Positions 57,560-64,000 of a stretch of 64,000 nucleotides of DNA are shown piece by piece. Made by a program: the position numbers and the translations under genes. The notes beneath the pieces are model-generated. The model had not been told where the DNA came from and did no database searches. It was given only the letters and a program-made list of their open reading frames with translations. How positions within the stretch are numbered: position 1 is the first letter of the stretch; each line of letters starts with the position of its first letter. This DNA is from Methanobacteriota archaeon (GTDB lineage: Archaea > Thermoplasmatota > Thermoplasmata > SG8-5 > JAGLSY01), in NCBI GenBank assembly GCA_020697715.1, contig JAEHCO010000001.1, forward strand, positions 352,001 through 416,000, read 5' to 3'.

Positions 57560-59490
57560 TGGCGGCACCTAGAGGGCCAGCCCTTATGATGGAGAAGGAG
57601 AAGCTAAGCAGGCCATTTGGAGTTCTGATACGGGCTATGTTCGGTTATCTGGGTAAGTTCAAACGCATCATCTATATCGGTGCCTGTTTATCCATCCTCG
57701 CCACGATATTCATGGCCATAAATCCACTTGTCCTGTCCTGGGGCATAGACCTTGTGCTCGAGCCTGGAACGAACTTCGATAGCATAATCATGCTGGCTCT
57801 TCTCTATACGGGACTCAAGGTGACCGGTTGGCTTCTGGGATCGATAAATACCTGGATATTTTCTGGAGCACAGGCAGGATTCGTCCAATCTCTGCAGCAA
57901 GATGTTTACAGCAAGCTCATAAAGGCTGACCTTTCATATCATAAAGGCGAGCAGAGTGGCGATGTGACCTCCAGAGTCACATCGGATACTGATTCCATGG
58001 CAATGGGCATTCAGATAATCATAGACCTGGCAAGCCAAATACTTCTGGTAATAGCCACCTTCATCTTGATGTGGATGGCCTCACCCTTTATCGCAATGGC
58101 CGCTCTTGTCGTGATACCGGTCGTGATCCTGATAGTCATCATATTCGGAACTGTGGGCCAGCGCATAATGTTAGCCACCCATCGTGCAGCGGGTAAGGTA
58201 TCCGGCCAGATAGCGGAGAACCTTGGCGGGGTGCATGTCGCCAAGGCTTTCAACCGAGAGAATGAGACCGCTGCCATACTAAGTGAATTGAACCAAGAAT
58301 CATACCGCCATGGTTTCAATTTCATGATGTTGATGACCTTGATGCAACCTATGGTTAGAGCGACTGGCATAGCGGCAATGTCGCTCATACTCTTTGTCGG
58401 TGGTGGCCTGATCGTAGGAAGTGATCCAGTACTTACATTGGGTGAGGTCTTCCTGGGAACTATCCTTATCCAGCGTTTCTTCCATCCCCTTTTGATGCTG
58501 AGCATGAACGCCACCCAGTTCCAGGCCTCATTGGCCTCCATGGATAGGCTAATGGATGTTCTGGATAATGAGCCGGGTGTTAAGAATAAAGATGGGGCGA
58601 TCGCCCTTAGGCCAGATAGTGATGGTATAGAGTTCGACAAGGTCTCCTTCTCATATCTAGAAGGCAGTGAGGTATTGAAGGACGTGAGCTTCAAAATAGA
58701 GGCAGGGGAGATGGTGGCCATAGTGGGTCATACAGGCGCGGGTAAAAGCACCATAGCGGCCCTTCTGAATAGATTCTATGATCCGCAGAAGGGAAGCATT
58801 AGGATCGGTCGACAGGATCTTAAAGACATCACTCTGGAGTCCCTCCATGATGATCTGTCTCTCATAGCTCAGGAACCATACCTGTTCAATGGCACGATAA
58901 TGGATAATATCAGATACGGGAGGCCTACAGCCAGTGATGGGGAGGTCATGGAAATGTGTAAGATGATCGGAGCTAATGAGTTCATCGAAGTTCTGCCAGA
59001 AGCCTATTCCTCTATCATTATTGAAGAGGGAAAGAACCTGAGTGCGGGTCAGGTACAGATGATCTCCATCGCGAGAACCATGTTGGCCGATCCTAGAATC
59101 CTGATACTTGATGAGGCAACAAGTCGACTGGATGCATATTCCGAATCCCTGGTCCAGGATGCGCAGGACAAACTTTTCGAGAAGCGGACCACGGTGGTCA
59201 TCGCCCATCGCCTGACCACCATTACCAAGGCCTCGAGGATACTGGTCTTCGAGAATGGTTCTCTGGTCGAGCAGGGCTCTCATGAAGAATTGATGAAGGG
59301 GAGGGGGAGATACATGGCTCTTTACAACACGTACTATTCACATCAATCGGCCAGTGAGATCTCGGACGAGGCCGTGATGATGGCCCAGAAAGAGATGGAC
59401 AAGGTTGGGAAGATCACTGATATGAAGCAGGTGGGAAAGGGTGGGGGATCGATGAAAGGGACTGGGTCTGGGCATCATGCTGGTGGTTGA
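57559..59490 (+). CDS. ABC exporter half-transporter (partner)
   Basis: TMD plus GHTGAGKST, LSAGQ, ILDEAT, AHRL. Confidence 0.92.
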   Translation: MAAPRGPALMMEKEKLSRPFGVLIRAMFGYLGKFKRIIYIGACLSILATIFMAINPLVLSWGIDLVLEPGTNFDSIIMLALLYTGLKVTGWLLGSINTWIFSGAQAGFVQSLQQDVYSKLIKADLSYHKGEQSGDVTSRVTSDTDSMAMGIQIIIDLASQILLVIATFILMWMASPFIAMAALVVIPVVILIVIIFGTVGQRIMLATHRAAGKVSGQIAENLGGVHVAKAFNRENETAAILSELNQESYRHGFNFMMLMTLMQPMVRATGIAAMSLILFVGGGLIVGSDPVLTLGEVFLGTILIQRFFHPLLMLSMNATQFQASLASMDRLMDVLDNEPGVKNKDGAIALRPDSDGIEFDKVSFSYLEGSEVLKDVSFKIEAGEMVAIVGHTGAGKSTIAALLNRFYDPQKGSIRIGRQDLKDITLESLHDDLSLIAQEPYLFNGTIMDNIRYGRPTASDGEVMEMCKMIGANEFIEVLPEAYSSIIIEEGKNLSAGQVQMISIARTMLADPRILILDEATSRLDAYSESLVQDAQDKLFEKRTTVVIAHRLTTITKASRILVFENGSLVEQGSHEELMKGRGRYMALYNTYYSHQSASEISDEAVMMAQKEMDKVGKITDMKQVGKGGGSMKGTGSGHHAGG

Positions 59491-59642
59491 TGATCGATGA
59501 TTGATAAATAAAAAATGAACACATCGAGGTATTCGATTGACCTGTCTGGCTAAAAGCTCAATCAGGGGGTTATATAAATAGAGTTATTACAGACTGCTTA
59601 TTAGGTGTTTCATCCCCCCCATATTTTTTTGATTGTTCCCAA

Positions 59643-60776
59643 TTATTTGTGAGGATAATCGGCTTTTCGGTTTTGGTAAGATAATATCTGAGATTTTTGG
59701 ATCACTCCCTTTTCAATTACCACGGCACGCCGAATGGTTTCATTCTTGCTCCAACTATCCGGCCCCTCAAGAACCGTTTTCAAATACACTATGAGAGCAG
59801 CTGATATTGAACGAGACGCACTCTCCCACAAATAAGATGGTGTATGATCCACACCATAGTAGTCCACATCACCTGCCTTGAACATTGGATCTTTGAATGT
59901 TGTTGGTTTTGCAAAAGGAAAGCCCATGCCTTCATCGCAACTGACATCGATGATAAGACTAGCTGGCTTGAGATAAGACATCTCTTCGGAGGTAACAAAC
60001 ATATATGGAGATTCGGGATCTTGAAAGCTTCCGTTGACAATTATGTCCGCCTCGCTGATCAACTCCTTAAAGGGTCGCCTGCTCCCATCATGTTCAACAG
60101 CCACCAATCTGGCTTCGTTGTCCATACCTTCTTCAATTCTAATATAGTGACAGTCCAAAACCTCTTCTCTAACCTCATGGTCAGGCCTTTGAATACAAAT
60201 GGTAATATCCTTAAAGCCCCGGGCTTTGAGAGCGTAGATAGCCCCTCTGCTGACGGCTCCAAAACTAAAGATAAGGACTTTCCGCTGGTTTCCATAGTGT
60301 CCGTCAATTCCCTTTAATTGCAGAGCATGTATTATTGCGCAGTAGCCAGCGAGTTCATTATTTTTGTAAAATGTGTGGCGTCCGATCTCCCCTTTAGGCC
60401 CCCAGACAAACATCTCTTCAAACGCAATAAGTGTGAGCTTTCGATCGATTGCCAACTGGGTAATTGGGCGTTGTTGAGCACAATGTGGGTACCCCCACAT
60501 GAATCCTCCCTCCTTCATGGTCTCAAGGTCTGATAAAACAGGTTTGGTAATGATCACGTTTCCAATTTCTGACAATAATTGATCCCGCTCCATCGTACTG
60601 CCACTAGATAGTTCAGCAATTTCATCATCCGTCATGTGAAAGGGCTCACCGTAGCCTTGCTCAAATATGAGTTGGCGGCGTATGTTCTCAGGCAGACGCT
60701 TCAGGTGGTCTGGGTGTATTGGCACCCGGTGTTCGTTTTCCTTTTTCGATGTCCCAATAACTCCAATCTTAATCAT
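59643..60776 (-). CDS. N5-(carboxyethyl)ornithine synthase-like (AlaDH/PNT family)
   Basis: SKKENEHRVP, EQGYG, WGYPHC, FYKNNELAGY, DHTPS. Confidence 0.8.
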   Translation of the reverse strand: MIKIGVIGTSKKENEHRVPIHPDHLKRLPENIRRQLIFEQGYGEPFHMTDDEIAELSSGSTMERDQLLSEIGNVIITKPVLSDLETMKEGGFMWGYPHCAQQRPITQLAIDRKLTLIAFEEMFVWGPKGEIGRHTFYKNNELAGYCAIIHALQLKGIDGHYGNQRKVLIFSFGAVSRGAIYALKARGFKDITICIQRPDHEVREEVLDCHYIRIEEGMDNEARLVAVEHDGSRRPFKELISEADIIVNGSFQDPESPYMFVTSEEMSYLKPASLIIDVSCDEGMGFPFAKPTTFKDPMFKAGDVDYYGVDHTPSYLWESASRSISAALIVYLKTVLEGPDSWSKNETIRRAVVIEKGVIQKSQILSYQNRKADYPHK

Positions 60777-60873
60777 GGGCCACCTATAGCCCTTGGGCTT
60801 AAAATACAACAGGGTCATTGAGTTTGATGATTTTGTTTTGCCAAATTCCTTCTGTAGCCAGATAAAGAAAAAA

Positions 60874-60986
60874 TGGACCCATCGGGATTTGAACCCGAGG
60901 CCTCCTGCTGGTTTGGGATTGGACGAATAACGTCATTCGCCCAAACCATGCAAAGCAGGCGATCTTCCAGTCTGATCTATGAGCCC
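60874..60986 (-). tRNA. tRNA-Ala(TGC) with 39-nt canonical 37/38 intron (60910-60948)
   Basis: GGGCTCA/TGGGTCC acceptor, CCTGC-TTTGCA|A-GCAGG, TCGGG-TTCAAAT-CCCGA; BHB helix TTTG/CAAA. Confidence 0.93.
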
Positions 60987-61149
60987 ATGTCGTGACCCAA
61001 GTTTGATGATTCAAATCCTGAAATGTCAAACTTAGATTATATAGGTCGGAAAATACCCAATGGATAAAACGTTTTCGGATGATTATCAATAAAACATCAA
61101 TAGGTCAACTGTTAAATACAATTTGGAATTACAGGATTAGTGATATTAA

Positions 61150-61249
61150 GGGCGCGTGGCCTAGCCAGGATATGGCGACAGCCTCCTACTCCGACTGCAA
61201 AGTCAGAGGAGCAAGCTGTAAGTCAAGGGTTCGAATCCCTTCGCGCTCG
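61150..61249 (+). tRNA. tRNA-Arg(CCT) with 25-nt canonical 37/38 intron (61189-61213)
   Basis: GGGCGCG/CGCGCTC acceptor, ACAGC-CTCCTA|A-GCTGT, AAGGG-TTCGAAT-CCCTT; BHB helix CTCC/GGAG. Confidence 0.93.
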
Positions 61250-61273
61250 CTTATCTTTTATTTTGTATTTGGA

Positions 61274-61399
61274 GAGTGAGAAGGATGAGAACGTAGTTCG
61301 ACGAGTGATTTCTGAGTGTGGCGAAGAAATAACGAGCAAAACCTGGATGCCGAAGGTAGACAGGTTGATGATCCCTTCGCGCTCGCTTATCTTTTATTT
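61274..61399 (+). repeat. tRNA-anchored structured element, copy 2 (after tRNA-Arg)
   Basis: Degenerate antisense of tRNA end GAGTGAGAAGGAT, 76-nt core 61295-61370, 29-bp direct repeat 61371-61399 (=61235-61263). Confidence 0.85.
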
Positions 61400-61441
61400 G
61401 GGATTGTAATTACAGATCATGAATGAGTAAATACCATCCAC

Positions 61442-61996
61442 TCAGTTCATGCTCATTTCCATGAACTTCATTTCCCTTCTCTTACCTTCCAGGAATCGAT
61501 AGACGGCGGCATGTTCACTGCCTTCAAGCACCATCTCGGCCGCTCGTTTGGCCGCATTGAGCGATATGATATCTCCGATCAGGCCAACTGTATTGCCATA
61601 TACCACCATCTCGGACCCTGAAAGTTCCTCTATAAGACGCCGTGTCCTTCCACCAGTGCCGATTATCCTGGCTCTGACCCTTCTGACATGCTTCGAGTCC
61701 TTACCTGAATAATCCCTTATATCTATGAGCTCGAGATAATTATCATCATCAAAGAGACGCATGGCATTTGGTGGAGAAAATCCTCTGGCTATGGCCTTTA
61801 CCACATCTCTGGCAGCCATTGCCTTGAAGTTCGCACCTCCGGCCTTATCCCCGCCCTTGAAGGAAAGGGACACATCTCCAGTCTTGGAATTTATCTTGAT
61901 CTTGACCTCGCCAAGTCTTTCTATCAGCTTCTTGGTCTCTCCTTCTGGACCTATGAGTACCGCCACTCTTTCCTTAGGCATTCGGACATACATCAT
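61442..61996 (-). CDS. KH-domain ribosome biogenesis protein Dim2/Pno1
   Basis: RVAVLIGPEG, KAIARGF, RARIIGTGGRTR, GSEHAAVY. Confidence 0.93.
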   Translation of the reverse strand: MMYVRMPKERVAVLIGPEGETKKLIERLGEVKIKINSKTGDVSLSFKGGDKAGGANFKAMAARDVVKAIARGFSPPNAMRLFDDDNYLELIDIRDYSGKDSKHVRRVRARIIGTGGRTRRLIEELSGSEMVVYGNTVGLIGDIISLNAAKRAAEMVLEGSEHAAVYRFLEGKRREMKFMEMSMN

Positions 61997-62769
61997 TGAG
62001 TATCACCTTTTATTATCTTCAGTATCTCGTCCTTATCAGACTCCACGCCATGCTTATTAAAGAAGTAGGTGATATTATTTATGTCCCTAATTAAGAACTC
62101 CTGAGCCATCGGATGAGTTGTAAGCACTGCCTGGCCAACATCGATGATGATGGGATCTCCTTCCATCATCAGAATATTATACTCACTGAGATCGCAATGG
62201 ACAAGATCCGCATCCTGGTACATCTTCCTCATTTGTTCCACAAGGTGAGTGAATATTGCTTCTGGATCTTCAATCTCAACATCCTTCAAATGCCTGGCCG
62301 GAGTGTCCTTTGTTCCAATATATTCCATTACCACCACATTGTTCTCGCAGAACACTGGTCTGGGCACATGTATTCCATTTTCATACAGTCTATCAAGATT
62401 GCGGAACTCTTTCTGCGCCCACAGGTAAATACCTCGCCTGTGGTTCTTTCCCACTCCTCTGAAACGTCGATCGCCTTGTATGTATTTTTGAATATTCTTG
62501 AAGGATGAATTGGTAACACGATATATTTTGACGGCCAGTCGTTTGCCGTCAATGGTATTCGCCCTGAAAACATTGCCCTCCTTTCCGGTTGCCAGAGGAA
62601 AATCCAGTATATCGATGACATTGTTAGTCATCAATTTGTATAAGGTCATCAGGGTCTTCTCATCAAAGACCTCATCATAGGTCTTTCTCTGATCGGAATC
62701 CTTGTCCCTGTATCTGTAGGACATGATCTTGGATTCGAGATCCATTCTCATCTTCTCGGAAAATGCCAT
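61993..62769 (-). CDS. rio1: RIO1 serine kinase/ATPase
   Basis: ATGKEGNVF, AVKIYR, WAQKEFRNL, HCDLSEYNIL, IDVGQ. Confidence 0.95.
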   Translation of the reverse strand: MAFSEKMRMDLESKIMSYRYRDKDSDQRKTYDEVFDEKTLMTLYKLMTNNVIDILDFPLATGKEGNVFRANTIDGKRLAVKIYRVTNSSFKNIQKYIQGDRRFRGVGKNHRRGIYLWAQKEFRNLDRLYENGIHVPRPVFCENNVVVMEYIGTKDTPARHLKDVEIEDPEAIFTHLVEQMRKMYQDADLVHCDLSEYNILMMEGDPIIIDVGQAVLTTHPMAQEFLIRDINNITYFFNKHGVESDKDEILKIIKGDTQ

Positions 62770-62783
62770 ATTACCTCATGGAC

Positions 62784-63104
62784 CTAAAAAACATTTATGA
62801 TCTCGGGGATGACGCCCTTACGTGCGAGATTTGTCGCCTGGGTGCGTGTGTATCGATATATTATATCACACTTCTCATCCTGAAATTCCCAGGGTCTGAT
62901 TATGAGAAGGTCACCTTCTCTTATCCACATCCTTTTCTTGAGTTTCCCTCTGATCCTGCCCATTCTGGATTCGCCGTCCGCACACATGACCCTTATCTTG
63001 GAGGCTCCCATCAGCTGATCCGCTATAGCGAAGGATTCGCGTTTCATCTTTTTGGGCATCGGAGAGCGAACATACTCTCCTTCCTCTGGTCTCTTGTAAG
63101 CCAA
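62784..63104 (-). CDS. eif1a: Translation initiation factor 1A (probable TTG start)
   Basis: MGASKIRVMCADG..RIRGKLKKRMWIREGD..PWEFQ..YRYT. Confidence 0.95.
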   Translation of the reverse strand: MAYKRPEEGEYVRSPMPKKMKRESFAIADQLMGASKIRVMCADGESRMGRIRGKLKKRMWIREGDLLIIRPWEFQDEKCDIIYRYTRTQATNLARKGVIPEIINVF

Positions 63105-63273
63105 GTTAATTACCATCCCCGACATATATAAAGCCATATAAGAAGGGTTTGGTCTGGATTATTTCCATATTTGAGTCTAAATCGATAAGGATAATGAGTA
63201 GATTCAACACTGATCCATCATATACTGGATGGGGATTGAAAGCTTATTGGAGATCGGTGATCGGCAGATGATA

Positions 63274-64000
63274 TTAGCCAGATATGGAATAGATCGATGC
63301 TGTCAATAATTTGATGAAATTGGCCAGGTCGTCCATATGAATTACCTCCACCGATGAGTGGGAGTATCTCATTGGAATTCCGATCGGCATCGTGGCAGCT
63401 CCTGATTCCTGCAATGCCATACCATCGGTACTTCCTCCAGTTACTCCAAATTGTACTGGAATTTTATTCTTCGTAGCTATCTTCGCCAGTTTTTCTCCAA
63501 AGCTCGGGGTCGCGATAACACGAGCATCCACCATTCTCAATACAGGACCTTTTCCCATGTACACTGGCTCGAAGAAATCACCGAGGCCGGGAGCGTCCGT
63601 TGTCGAGTAGGTGTCGACAGGAATGGCATAATCCAAAGGTATTCGGTTCGATATGACCCTGGCCCCTCTCAATCCGATCTCTTCCTGAACTCCCCAAACA
63701 AACAATACTTCGTTTTTCAGTTTCTTCTCATCTATTTGTTTGAAGGTTTCCAGAAGGCCAGTACATCCGGCTCTATTGTCCAGTGCCCGAGAAACAGCAT
63801 ATTTTTTGTTCATGATGAAAAAGTCTTTTTTCATCGTGATAGGCTGGAGTAGGTTGATCCCAAGTTTTTCTGTCTCCTCTCGACTTCTGGTTCCAAGGTC
63901 TATGCAGAGCTTGTCCCAGGTGGGGATTTTATCTTTTTCTTTGGGATCCAACATCAGGTGTGGGGCATTGACTCCGATGACACCATAGACCGGTCCTTTT
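63274..64000 (-). CDS. M42 (TET-like) aminopeptidase, 5'-truncated by window edge
   Basis: APHL, IDLG, RALDNRAG, QEEIGLRG, GGSTD, RYSHS. Confidence 0.9.
   Translation of the reverse strand, partial: KGPVYGVIGVNAPHLMLDPKEKDKIPTWDKLCIDLGTRSREETEKLGINLLQPITMKKDFFIMNKKYAVSRALDNRAGCTGLLETFKQIDEKKLKNEVLFVWGVQEEIGLRGARVISNRIPLDYAIPVDTYSTTDAPGLGDFFEPVYMGKGPVLRMVDARVIATPSFGEKLAKIATKNKIPVQFGVTGGSTDGMALQESGAATMPIGIPMRYSHSSVEVIHMDDLANFIKLLTASIYSISG

Noticed and set aside
55706-59490. Degenerate ABC motifs as pseudogene signal
   Set aside because: Asymmetric nucleotide sites are normal for heterodimeric ABC exporters.
61150-61249. tRNA-Tyr/Cys/Sec or long variable arm reading
   Set aside because: BHB geometry gives a CCT anticodon with a 25-nt intron and a normal variable loop.
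39840-61370. One large island bounded by the two conserved cores
   Set aside because: Each core is bracketed by its own local tRNA duplication; the interval includes adk and further tRNAs and has no integrase.
61140-61409. 89-aa ORF with a repeated IPSRSL motif
   Set aside because: Shadow translation of tRNA-Arg and its duplicated 3' end.

Overview
Archaeal chromosomal window, most likely from an uncultured Thermoplasmatota lineage (inferred from gene content and synteny). It is mostly housekeeping genes: glmM, Lsm, NAC, mfnA, dph2, two ftsZ, rnp2, thermosome, tiaS, secE-spt5-rpl11, nnr, pgk, GPN GTPase, adk and eIF1A-rio1-dim2. Also present are three ABC systems, a KaiC-like ATPase module, two STAND-TPR proteins and a HypD-type glycyl radical enzyme with its activase. 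Five tRNA genes are present and four carry BHB introns, two of them at non-canonical D-loop positions. The most striking feature is a family of non-coding elements anchored on tRNA genes. A gapless 76-nt structured core with four compensatory base-pair changes and GNA triloops sits downstream of both tRNA-Lys and tRNA-Arg. Each copy is enclosed by an inverted and a direct copy of its own host tRNA 3' end. Tandem 49-bp units built from direct plus inverted tRNA pieces also flank tRNA-Thr and tRNA-Lys. No integrase, transposase, CRISPR array or rRNA was recognised. All calls come from manual reading with no database searches.
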